From: a bacterium
GTDB lineage: Bacteria > Patescibacteriota > Saccharimonadia > CAILAD01 > BJGX01
Reading direction: 5' to 3'
Assembly (NCBI GenBank): GCA_029778565.1
Contig: JAKOQC010000510.1
Location: forward strand, 18,838-82,837
DNA: 64,000 nt
A program made the translations under genes and the position numbers. The notes under the pieces were generated by a model. That model made no database searches. It was not told the origin of the DNA and saw only the letters and a list, made by a program, of their open reading frames with translations. Of this stretch, positions 37,168 to 46,175 are shown piece after piece; positions within the stretch are counted from its first letter, which is position 1; each line of letters begins with the position of its first letter.

Positions 37168-38952
37168 ATGGATCAAACTTCCCCAACCCAACAAGCCAAA
37201 GAAGCTCAAGTGCAAAAACAAGCAGCCGGCGCACCTAATGCTGCTCCTGCAACAACCGACGATGCCCAAAATGTCACTGACGAAAATGTTAGTCTTGAGC
37301 CAACGAATAAGAAAAATCTTGAAGCAATTCTTAAAGAGAGTTTAGTTAAGAAGGGGCTTATTAAGCCTGAGTCTCTCAGTAGTATTGAGCACGCTATTAC
37401 TACCTACAACATTAATCTGATTGACTATCTTATTAGCCAAAATATTGTTACTAAAGAAAATATTGGTCAGACCATTGCGGAACATTTTGGCTGTAACTAT
37501 ATTGACCTCGAGGTAAATCAACCAAGTAAAGAGTTAATACGAACCCTACCTGAAGAAATTAGTATTGGAAACAGAATAGTTATTGTTGATGCAGATGAGC
37601 AAAATGTTTTGCTGGCTACTGACAATCCAACTAGTCCTGGTTTGCTCGCAAAAATTCAAGCTCTGTTTGCCGGCAAGCACGTCAGCTTGGCCTACTCTCT
37701 TCCAGAAGATCTTGATTCGGTCTTAGTTTATTACCGCAAGCCTCTCGAAACACGGTTTAATAAAATTATTCAAGAACAAGCCCATATTGCTCCTGAAATT
37801 ATCGATGAGATTATTAAAGACGCTATTATCTTAGATGTTAGCGATATCCACTTTGAGCCACAAGAAAATGTGGTAGTAATACGATTTCGTGTTGATGGTG
37901 TTTTACATGAAGCCGGCCAAATACCCAAGCAATACTACGAAAAGATCTTAAACCGACTAAAAGTTCAGTCGAATATGCGGATTGATGAACATGGCTCTAG
38001 CCAAGATGGTGCAATTCGGTACATTGCCGATGAGGAGCCAATTGATATTCGTATTTCAATCGTGCCAACACTTGATGGCGAAAAGGTTGCGTTACGTCTT
38101 TTGGCTGGCTATTCACGTAATCTTAACTTTAAAAATCTCGGCTTTAATGTTGTTAACCTAAAAACAATCAATGATCAAATTCATCGACCCTTTGGTATGA
38201 TCGTTACTACTGGCCCTACCGGATCTGGTAAAACTACTACTTTGTATGCTCTGCTCAAACAGCTAAATAGTCCAGATGTAAACGTTACCACTATTGAAGA
38301 TCCAGTAGAATATAAAATTTATGGGGTCAATCAAATTCAGGTAAATACCAGTACAAATCTTACCTTTACCGAAGGTTTGCGTACAATTGTCCGTCAAGAC
38401 CCAGACATTATTCTAGTGGGTGAAATTCGCGATAAAGAGACTGCCAAGCTAGCGGTAAATGCAGCTCTTACTGGTCACTTACTTTTCTCAACCTTCCATG
38501 CTAATGATGCCTCTACCGCTATTCCCCGTTTTGTCGATATGGGTGTCGAGCCATTCTTACTTGCCTCTACCCTTAATGCCATTATTGCGCAACGATTAGT
38601 GCGACTTATTCATACACAATGTCGTATGAAATATACCGTTTCTTTAGAAGAATTAAAAGCCCATTTACCAACTGCTGGTAACTACTTTAAAGAACCAAAG
38701 GTTACCCTCTACTACGGTAAGGGTTGTGAGGCTTGTAACTACACTGGGTTTAAAGGCCGCTCGGCAATTTACGAAATTATTACCGTTACTCCTAATATGA
38801 AAAAACTTATTATGCAGAATCCATCTGGTGAAGAAATTTGGCAATTAGCGAGATCAGAGGGAGTGAAGAGTTTGTTTGAAGATGGTCTCGATAAGGTTAA
38901 GTCAGGCAGAACAACCTTAGAGGAGTTAATGCGTGTCGCCGAATCAAAATAA
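37168..38952 (+). CDS. pilB: Type IV pilus assembly ATPase (PilB/GspE family)
   Basis: GspE N-domain, Walker A GPTGSGKTT, Asp/His boxes and a C-terminal CxxC...CxxC. The ORF track starts at 37135. Confidence 0.85.
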   Translation: MDQTSPTQQAKEAQVQKQAAGAPNAAPATTDDAQNVTDENVSLEPTNKKNLEAILKESLVKKGLIKPESLSSIEHAITTYNINLIDYLISQNIVTKENIGQTIAEHFGCNYIDLEVNQPSKELIRTLPEEISIGNRIVIVDADEQNVLLATDNPTSPGLLAKIQALFAGKHVSLAYSLPEDLDSVLVYYRKPLETRFNKIIQEQAHIAPEIIDEIIKDAIILDVSDIHFEPQENVVVIRFRVDGVLHEAGQIPKQYYEKILNRLKVQSNMRIDEHGSSQDGAIRYIADEEPIDIRISIVPTLDGEKVALRLLAGYSRNLNFKNLGFNVVNLKTINDQIHRPFGMIVTTGPTGSGKTTTLYALLKQLNSPDVNVTTIEDPVEYKIYGVNQIQVNTSTNLTFTEGLRTIVRQDPDIILVGEIRDKETAKLAVNAALTGHLLFSTFHANDASTAIPRFVDMGVEPFLLASTLNAIIAQRLVRLIHTQCRMKYTVSLEELKAHLPTAGNYFKEPKVTLYYGKGCEACNYTGFKGRSAIYEIITVTPNMKKLIMQNPSGEEIWQLARSEGVKSLFEDGLDKVKSGRTTLEELMRVAESK

Positions 38953-40138
38953 CCAAGCTACCGACATCAAGCCGGTTTCTGCAATGCAGGGTCAAAATAA
39001 AGACCAAGTGTTTAAAGATGCCAAAAATGTCCGTCCTGCAGCTCGCGGTGTAGAACAATCTAAGGTAAAAAAACTCTCTCCCCACGCTGTCAGTAGAGAT
39101 AGTAAAGAATATCTAGTAGACAACCTCAGTATGCTTATTGCCTCAGGGGTTTCGGTTGGTGAAGCGCTCGACACTATCGGGAAAGAAATGCCCAACAAAA
39201 AAGTCCGTGAAGTTATTGCCGAAATGCGCAATAAAGTGGATGAGGGTAGCGCATTCTGGCTAGCTTTGCGCGATAGTGGGATCTTAAATACCTCTTCTGT
39301 AGCAATTATTCATGCCGGTGAAGAATCTGGAAGACTATCAGAAAACTTACATGTTGTTGCCGAGCAAATTCATAAAAGCAATATGATGACTGCCAAGGTC
39401 CGCTCGGCACTTCTTTATCCGGCCTTTCTAATTGTTTTATTAATTGTAGTAGGTAGTGGTATTGGACTTTTCTTATTGCCAAAGCTAGCCGATATATTTA
39501 AGGGATTAAATATGAAGTTACCGTGGTATACTACTGCACTTATTTCTTTTGGTACTTTTTGGGGTAAATGGGGTTTACTTCTGACAGTTCTATTCTTTGT
39601 AGTATTAACTATTGTTGTTTTACTCTCAATTTATACCAAGACAGGCAAAAAACTCTCTGAGATACTCTTGTTTCAATTACCCGGGGTTAATCAACTTCTG
39701 TACCAATCAGAGATTTCACGATTTGGATTTATTCTGGGTTCGCTATTAGAGGCGGGTTTGCCGGTAGTTGAGGCTCTCGACTCTCTCTCTGACTCTATGG
39801 CAACTGCAAGGTATCGCAATATTATCGCTAAAATGAAAGTCAGTATCGAAGAAGGCAATACATTTGCTACTACATTCGAGCGCATTAGCGATAAAAAGGC
39901 TTTTCCAGGCCCAATAAGGCAACTTATTGTGAGTGCCGAAAAATCAGGTAACCTACCCGAAGTTCTTTTAAAACTGAGTAAGTTATATGAAGATAAGGCA
40001 GAAATTACCGCCAAAAACTTAGAGACAATGATAGAACCAATTATTTTAGTACTAATTGCGATTGGTGTTTTATTTGTAGCACTAGCTGTAATTGTACCTA
40101 TTTATAGTTTAATTGGTGGTCTGGAGCCAAAGAACTAA
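38933..40138 (+). CDS. pilC: Type IV pilus inner-membrane platform protein (PilC/GspF family)
   Basis: Two GspF repeats with three TM helices. Overlaps the pilB end. Start is uncertain (GTG 38933 or ATG about 38985). Confidence 0.8.
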   Translation: MSPNQNNQATDIKPVSAMQGQNKDQVFKDAKNVRPAARGVEQSKVKKLSPHAVSRDSKEYLVDNLSMLIASGVSVGEALDTIGKEMPNKKVREVIAEMRNKVDEGSAFWLALRDSGILNTSSVAIIHAGEESGRLSENLHVVAEQIHKSNMMTAKVRSALLYPAFLIVLLIVVGSGIGLFLLPKLADIFKGLNMKLPWYTTALISFGTFWGKWGLLLTVLFFVVLTIVVLLSIYTKTGKKLSEILLFQLPGVNQLLYQSEISRFGFILGSLLEAGLPVVEALDSLSDSMATARYRNIIAKMKVSIEEGNTFATTFERISDKKAFPGPIRQLIVSAEKSGNLPEVLLKLSKLYEDKAEITAKNLETMIEPIILVLIAIGVLFVALAVIVPIYSLIGGLEPKN

Positions 40139-40581
40139 TGGTTAAACCACGCTTTGGTCTAACTGTTATTGAGCTTATTCTCAGCCTTGGTATTATACTT
40201 ATCTTATTTGCCGTCAGTGTTCCATTGCTTCGCTCTTTTCTTCTGCGAAATGATCTAGATGTTGTACAAAACACTATCGTGCAAGATACATATCGAGCTA
40301 TTAATCTCGCCACATCAGGAGAACGCGATAGTAATTGGGGTGTTAAAATAACGACTGGACAGATTACTGTATTTAGCGGTAACAGTTATGCTACTCGCAA
40401 TGTTAATTACGATGAAAATTATAGCTTAGCATCTGGAGTAACTATTTCTGGGCAAAGTGAGTATGTGTTTTCTAAGTTTAGTGGCATACCAATTAGTACG
40501 GGTACCACTACACTAACAAACCAAGCAAATGAAACTCGCTCTTTTACCGTTAGTAGTAAAGGTGAAATAGAAGAACAATGA
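40138..40581 (+). CDS. Prepilin-type N-terminal cleavage/methylation domain minor pilin
   Basis: Leader MVKPRFG then LTVIELIL (Glu5). Confidence 0.7.
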   Translation: MVKPRFGLTVIELILSLGIILILFAVSVPLLRSFLLRNDLDVVQNTIVQDTYRAINLATSGERDSNWGVKITTGQITVFSGNSYATRNVNYDENYSLASGVTISGQSEYVFSKFSGIPISTGTTTLTNQANETRSFTVSSKGEIEEQ

Positions 40582-42338
40582 AGCACAAACAACAATTCAA
40601 ATCAGGTTTTTCTTTAGTAGAACTAATTTTGGCAGTTGGTGTATTTGCACTAATTGGTTCAGTAATAATCGGTGCATTTATTTATGGTAGGCAAGCTACC
40701 GTACAAGCAGGAGATAGAATTAGAGCTGCTGAGCTTAGTAATGAAACTCTAGAGGCGGTACGTAACATTACTAACCCAAACTACTCTAACCTCTCAGCAT
40801 ACACTAATGGTACAACCTATTATCTAGCTATTACTGCAAATCAGTGGCAACTAACAACCATACCTACCACTATAGATAATTTTACGCGTACCGTAGTTTT
40901 TGCTGATGGTCCGAATGGTTCTCGCCAAGTAACTGCAAATATTTCTTGGCAAATTACCCCATTACGTACGGGGAATGTTTCGGCAGTTACTTATTTTGCT
41001 AATTGGCGACAACCAACAGCAACGAGCAGTAAAAGTGGGCTTTTTGTATATGCAGATGGAGGTACAACCACAGATAGTGCAAAATATCGACAGTTACAAA
41101 CAGATGGAACATGGACAACTGCTGCAAGTATGCCAGATGTAGATACTACTACAACCAACCGTGTAGTAAGGTCAATGAAAGGTTATTCTGCTCAGAGCGG
41201 TTCTGCCAAAATGGTATTATCGCGTCATTTTGATGGTACAAAACAGTACATGTATGCTACTTACTGGAACGGTACAAGCTTTACTACGCCACAATTACTT
41301 GCACAATGGACATCAAACACATTTGTAGATGTTGGTAATTACAGTGGTGACTGGCTAGCTAACGGGTCGTTTGTTGCAGTATATTCGGACGGCAGTAATA
41401 CACCAAAATCGCGCATCTTCAATGGAGTAAGCTGGGCAGCTCAAGTAAGTATTGGTCCTATCGGTAATAGCTCTAATTTTCCATCCACTATCGTGGCGAA
41501 AGCAAGAAAGAACAGTAATGAACTTATGATGGCTACACTTATGCAAGATTACAGTGTAGAAACTAGCTATTATGCTAATGGTAGTTGGTCAACCTACACA
41601 CTTCAAACCAATAACTCAGTAGGTAATGGATCTAGGCTTGTTAGTTTTGGTTGGAATGTCCAAAATCAACTGACTGGAGAATTGGTTTATACTAATTCTC
41701 CTAATGATCGCTCATTAAGAGCTCGGACATTCACCGCAGATGGTGCGGGTTCTGGTAGTTGGGCTCCGGTTGCTAACAGTGATAATCTACCAAACGGTGT
41801 TACTATTGCATCTCTTTATAGTATGCCGAGAACTGCTGGTGGAGATGAGTCTATGGCTTGTGACAAGGGTGATAACACCCCGGCTGTTATTTATTGTTAC
41901 AAACTCATCCCTGGATCTAACGGATTCTCTTCTCCTGCCAACCAAGTCATTACCAATAATACTGTTCCAGGCGGGCAGATCACATTTGATCTTGCTTATA
42001 AATACCTAGCTTCAAATATCGGCTTGATAGCTTATTCAGATAATAGTAAGAGCGGTAAGATAAAACGCTTTAATACTACTACAAATACTTGGGACACCAG
42101 TCCAATTGCTTTGCCGAATGCTACAGGAATTATTCAAAAAACACGCATTGTTTCACGCCCTAACTCAGACGAAGCTATGGTGCTTGTGGCCGATGCTAAC
42201 CTTAATCTCTATTCTGTCGTACTAGATGGTACAAACGATACTCTCTATACTACCCCGGCAGGCAAAGCCTGGACAATACATAATACACACGGACCAACTA
42301 ATAATGCCGTATGGTTTGATTATATGTGGGATAATTAG
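40578..42338 (+). CDS. Large minor pilin / putative pilus tip protein (586 aa) with prepilin N-terminus
   Basis: Leader MKHKQQFKSG then FSLVELILAVGVFALI, and a large Thr/Ser/Asn-rich C-terminal domain. Confidence 0.65.
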   Translation: MKHKQQFKSGFSLVELILAVGVFALIGSVIIGAFIYGRQATVQAGDRIRAAELSNETLEAVRNITNPNYSNLSAYTNGTTYYLAITANQWQLTTIPTTIDNFTRTVVFADGPNGSRQVTANISWQITPLRTGNVSAVTYFANWRQPTATSSKSGLFVYADGGTTTDSAKYRQLQTDGTWTTAASMPDVDTTTTNRVVRSMKGYSAQSGSAKMVLSRHFDGTKQYMYATYWNGTSFTTPQLLAQWTSNTFVDVGNYSGDWLANGSFVAVYSDGSNTPKSRIFNGVSWAAQVSIGPIGNSSNFPSTIVAKARKNSNELMMATLMQDYSVETSYYANGSWSTYTLQTNNSVGNGSRLVSFGWNVQNQLTGELVYTNSPNDRSLRARTFTADGAGSGSWAPVANSDNLPNGVTIASLYSMPRTAGGDESMACDKGDNTPAVIYCYKLIPGSNGFSSPANQVITNNTVPGGQITFDLAYKYLASNIGLIAYSDNSKSGKIKRFNTTTNTWDTSPIALPNATGIIQKTRIVSRPNSDEAMVLVADANLNLYSVVLDGTNDTLYTTPAGKAWTIHNTHGPTNNAVWFDYMWDN

Positions 42339-42340
42339 CA

Positions 42341-42865
42341 ATGAAGCAAAAAACACTTAATACCGGGTTTACCTTAATAGAGTTACTACTCTATGTAGCA
42401 ATATTCTCCATACTGATTTCTACTGTTATGTTTATTGCTTTTTCTTCTGTAGCACAACGCGCTCACAATCAATCAGTCACTGAAGTAGACTACCAGGGAG
42501 AAATTGTCATGAACCAAATTACACAACAAATTAGAAACGCCACAACAGTCAATGCTCCTACCCCCGGAAATGCACTAACAAGCCTATCTATTAATACTTC
42601 AACTGCTAGTAACAACCCAACTATTTATGATCTATACAACGATGGTGCCCGCAATCGCTTAAGAATACGTGAGGGTAGCAGCGGGACAAGTAATTACTTA
42701 ACTAATAATAAAGTTACCATTACCAATTTAACCTTTAACAATGTTGCCGTTACCGGTGGTAGAGATTCAATTAGAGTGCAATTTACGATTAGTAGCTACA
42801 ATCCATCAAACCTTAGCGAGATACAGTATTCTAAAACATTTTATGGAACAGGGACATTAAGATGA
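42341..42865 (+). CDS. Prepilin-type minor pilin
   Basis: MKQKTLNTG then FTLIELLLYVAIF. Confidence 0.7.
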   Translation: MKQKTLNTGFTLIELLLYVAIFSILISTVMFIAFSSVAQRAHNQSVTEVDYQGEIVMNQITQQIRNATTVNAPTPGNALTSLSINTSTASNNPTIYDLYNDGARNRLRIREGSSGTSNYLTNNKVTITNLTFNNVAVTGGRDSIRVQFTISSYNPSNLSEIQYSKTFYGTGTLR

Positions 42866-43269
42866 AACAAAATGGCTTTGTTGCCCTTATTACGGTAATA
42901 GTGGTTGGTGCAGTAGCGGCTGCAATTGCTCTAGTAATTCTTTTTGCCGGCGTAACCTCTTCTAAAACTAGTTTTACCATAACCGAATCAGCACAAGCGA
43001 AAGCAGCTGCCAATGCTTGTGCCGAATTAGCACTAGCAGTCATTCAAGCTAATACAACAGTCGCAACCCCTGCAAACTACAATTATGTAGTCGATAATGC
43101 GACTAAATCACAATGTGATTACTCGATTACTGGCACAAGCCCAAACTATTCAATTACAAGTACAGGCACTGTTGACCCTACAGGAAAAAATATGAAGAAA
43201 CGAGTATCTATAACGCTTAATAGAGTTGGTCCTACATTGAATATTTCTTCCTGGCAAGAAACTCCATAA
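42862..43269 (+). CDS. Pilin-like protein lacking Glu5 (PilX/GspK-like minor pilin)
   Basis: MKQNG then FVALITVIVVGAV: a hydrophobic pilin-like helix without Glu5. Confidence 0.5.
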   Translation: MKQNGFVALITVIVVGAVAAAIALVILFAGVTSSKTSFTITESAQAKAAANACAELALAVIQANTTVATPANYNYVVDNATKSQCDYSITGTSPNYSITSTGTVDPTGKNMKKRVSITLNRVGPTLNISSWQETP

Positions 43270-43326
43270 AAAACTCTTGCCAACTAAGCATAAGTTTTTT
43301 ACAATGTATTCAAGTATAAAAATAAT

Positions 43327-43478
43327 AACGAAAGGAAAGAATGAAACTAACCCCCAAAAAGAGATCAGGTTTTACACTTATCGAAGTTTTGCTCGTTGTG
43401 GCAATTATTGCGATTCTAGCTGGTATCGTCATCTTGGCTGTTAATCCAAGTAAACAGCTAGCTGATACTCGTAACTCG
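43327..43478 (+). repeat. 152-nt direct repeat copy 1 (RBS plus first 46 codons of pilA), 100% identical to 43893-44044
   Basis: Exact nucleotide identity seen by eye. Divergence begins at codon 47. Confidence 0.8.
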
Positions 43479-43790
43479 CAACGAAGAAGCGATGTAAACA
43501 CTATTATTAATGCTATTTATCAATACTCTATTGATAACAATGGTAATCTGCCATCAAGCATAACTGTTGCTTCTGGTGACATCTGTTCAACAGGTGCAGC
43601 CAGCTGTACTGGTCTGGTAGACCTTAGCGTACTTACCGCTAATGGTAAATACCTAGTAGCAATTCCAAAAGACCCAAGTACTGGTGGTGCAACAGATACT
43701 AAGTATACTGTTGTAAAAGATGCTAATGGCCGCGTTACCGTAGCTGCGCCAGATGCAGAACAGGGTGCTACCATCTCAGTTACTCGTTAG
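43341..43790 (+). CDS. pilA: Type IV major pilin, copy 1
   Basis: MKLTPKKRSG then FTLIEVLLVVAIIAILAGIV, a C-terminal disulfide loop CSTGAASCTG, and a terminator downstream. Confidence 0.85.
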   Translation: MKLTPKKRSGFTLIEVLLVVAIIAILAGIVILAVNPSKQLADTRNSQRRSDVNTIINAIYQYSIDNNGNLPSSITVASGDICSTGAASCTGLVDLSVLTANGKYLVAIPKDPSTGGATDTKYTVVKDANGRVTVAAPDAEQGATISVTR

Positions 43791-43812
43791 TTAATTTTAT
43801 TAACTCTTCAAA

Positions 43813-43845
43813 AGAGACCCATACCCCGGGTCTCTTTTGTTTTTA
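43813..43845 (+). terminator. Terminator AGAGACCC-ataccCC-GGGTCTCT then TTTGTTTTT
   Basis: Hairpin plus T-tract after pilA copy 1. Confidence 0.7.
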
Positions 43846-43892
43846 ACCATAAGTAGTTTATACTTAATACAAGTCCCCAAAGAAGACCAATA

Positions 43893-44044
43893 AACGAAAG
43901 GAAAGAATGAAACTAACCCCCAAAAAGAGATCAGGTTTTACACTTATCGAAGTTTTGCTCGTTGTGGCAATTATTGCGATTCTAGCTGGTATCGTCATCT
44001 TGGCTGTTAATCCAAGTAAACAGCTAGCTGATACTCGTAACTCG
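43893..44044 (+). repeat. 152-nt direct repeat copy 2
   Basis: Identical to 43327-43478. Confidence 0.8.
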
Positions 44045-44356
44045 CAACGCAAAGCAGATGTAAATACAATTATTAACGCGGCATATCAATATGCAATTGA
44101 TAATAACGGGAATCTTCCTACTTCAATTACTTCAACAGCAACAGACATCTGTTCAACAGGTGCAGCCAGCTGTACTGGTCTTATAGATCTCTCAGTATTA
44201 ACAACCAACGGTAAGTACTTAGTAGCTATTCCAAAAGACCCCAGTAACGGTACCTCTACTGATACTAAATACACAATAGTAAAAGATACTAACGGTCGGC
44301 TTATTGTTGCCGCACCATCAGCAGAAAATGGAGCCACTATCTCAGTTACTCGATAG
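43907..44356 (+). CDS. pilA: Type IV major pilin, copy 2 (diverged C-terminal two-thirds)
   Basis: Same leader and N-terminal helix. C-terminal region about 85% nucleotide identity with copy 1, with a perfectly conserved disulfide-loop segment. Confidence 0.85.
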   Translation: MKLTPKKRSGFTLIEVLLVVAIIAILAGIVILAVNPSKQLADTRNSQRKADVNTIINAAYQYAIDNNGNLPTSITSTATDICSTGAASCTGLIDLSVLTTNGKYLVAIPKDPSNGTSTDTKYTIVKDTNGRLIVAAPSAENGATISVTR

Positions 44357-44378
44357 ATAGTAAAGCTAGTATCACAAT

Positions 44379-44408
44379 AAAAGACCCTATGGGGTCTTTT
44401 TTGTTTTT
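44379..44408 (+). terminator. Terminator AAGACCC-tatg-GGGTCTT then TTTTGTTTTT
   Basis: Hairpin plus T-tract after pilA copy 2. Confidence 0.7.
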
Positions 44409-44434
44409 AAGCATAAGTAGCATATAATATTATC

Positions 44435-45172
44435 ATGGCCGAAAGATATTCTATCTCAAATCGTAAGTCAGAAGATAATCATAAAAGTCATGTAGCCCCA
44501 GGTAAACAGGCAAAAGAAAAAGTATATGCCACCTCTACCCTTTCTACAACTAATCTTGTTATTATTTCTGCACTCATTGTTTTCGTTACGAATATTATTG
44601 CTGTATCAATTACCGTATTAATATATCGTTCACAAATAAAACATCTTAACCAAGAAATTCAGGATTTAAAATATCAATTAGATCAATATAAAAAAGCCTA
44701 CGGTGAACTTGGTAAGAATAGTTCTCGCAATAAAACAACAGCACCTGAAACAGGTATTACTATACCTAAAAATACTCAACAATCGGTTCAGAGTGCGTTA
44801 AATGCCTATTTAGCAAGTGGTGGCACCGATCAGGCTGCTCTACAAGCTGCGCTGGCTGGTAGTCTTAACCAGAGTGTTATTTTTGCAGTTGCTGGTAGTA
44901 GTGCTACACAACAAACACTTGCTCAAGCCATAGCTTCTCTTAATTATTTAAAAGGTGCTAATGGCGCATGGAACTGGAATCTTTCACCAGAACAGTTAAA
45001 TCAGTACCGAACTGGGCCGTATGCTCAATATTTTGGTGATAATGCGATTATCGGCCAAACAACAAATGGCTATGTGGCAAGTTTTACTGTTGATAGTAAT
45101 GGTAAAGTTACACAAATATTTGTTAGTTCGACTACCTCAGATCCAGCTGCTGCTACCGGTGGCACCGAGTAA
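44435..45172 (+). CDS. Membrane-anchored coiled-coil protein (245 aa)
   Basis: TM helix (LVIISALIVFVTNIIAVSITVLI) followed by a heptad-like segment (HLNQEIQDLKYQLDQYKKAY). Confidence 0.5.
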   Translation: MAERYSISNRKSEDNHKSHVAPGKQAKEKVYATSTLSTTNLVIISALIVFVTNIIAVSITVLIYRSQIKHLNQEIQDLKYQLDQYKKAYGELGKNSSRNKTTAPETGITIPKNTQQSVQSALNAYLASGGTDQAALQAALAGSLNQSVIFAVAGSSATQQTLAQAIASLNYLKGANGAWNWNLSPEQLNQYRTGPYAQYFGDNAIIGQTTNGYVASFTVDSNGKVTQIFVSSTTSDPAAATGGTE

Positions 45173-45218
45173 TTTCTAGCTGATTCATACGAATCAGCTT
45201 TTCTCAATATTGCTACAC

Positions 45219-46175
45219 CTACATATTATCAAATGGTGGTATTAGCTGATTCTGTAGATTACTAAATATTTTTCTATCATAAGCCTCATTAATTATCGCA
45301 GATGCTATTTTTCGTATCACTGTATCGCCCTCATCTAAATGATAATTTGCAGGACAACCCAAAGTTGCACCAAACAAACCAACTTTTGGTTTGGGGTTTT
45401 TATTAAGTATTATCAACTTATATTTACCATTTTCAGCTATTAATTTGGTCTGGGCATATTCTATCATTTCTGTATCAAATTCTTCCACGCCTTCTTTAGT
45501 ATCTTCTATTGCATGTATCCGTTTTTGGCTATGTGCCAAATTTAATGCAGCAATCTCTTCTAACACATTTATATTATCTAATAGGATATTCCTAACCTCG
45601 TTTGCATTAAGCCAGGGGTATTCATTTCTAACATGATTAAGTACAAGTTTTATTAAGCCGCACGTGCCTATAATAACATCGTACGTAATGCCGCCTAATC
45701 GACTTTCTATGGTGTCGCCTTTTCCATAAAAATCATCATCAGAACTTTCTGCAATAGTTGCAGCAATTGTATTAAAACGAGCAACAATGGCTGCATTTTC
45801 CGGTAAACGTAAAACTTCTGTACCGGCATACTGAAAGTCTTTGTCATCAAATAGATCGTTTTCTAACTGAGAAATTTGTGCATTCCTCCTAATAAACCGA
45901 AAAGATTCAGGGTCGGTCTGTATTGGTTGATAAAAACGAGTTTCTCTGCCTGTACCTTTTAGGGTAATCTTTGTGATTTCTCTAGCTAAATGCGCCAAAA
46001 TAGCAAATCGCTCCGCCTTACTCTTGGCTAACTCTTCATTTGGATAATCTTCACCTTCTTTATAACTAGAAGCGGCGCGTAATAATTCACTATCGGGTAA
46101 ATCAATTTCTCCACTTTGAAGTTTCTGGGCAGTCTGCTCTGATAGTTTCTTTGGATGAGGTAAGCGTTCGCTCAT
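45219..46175 (-). CDS. Hypothetical protein (318 aa)
   Basis: ORF. A 1-nt overlap with the upstream gene suggests an operon. Confidence 0.5.
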   Translation of the reverse strand: MSERLPHPKKLSEQTAQKLQSGEIDLPDSELLRAASSYKEGEDYPNEELAKSKAERFAILAHLAREITKITLKGTGRETRFYQPIQTDPESFRFIRRNAQISQLENDLFDDKDFQYAGTEVLRLPENAAIVARFNTIAATIAESSDDDFYGKGDTIESRLGGITYDVIIGTCGLIKLVLNHVRNEYPWLNANEVRNILLDNINVLEEIAALNLAHSQKRIHAIEDTKEGVEEFDTEMIEYAQTKLIAENGKYKLIILNKNPKPKVGLFGATLGCPANYHLDEGDTVIRKIASAIINEAYDRKIFSNLQNQLIPPFDNM

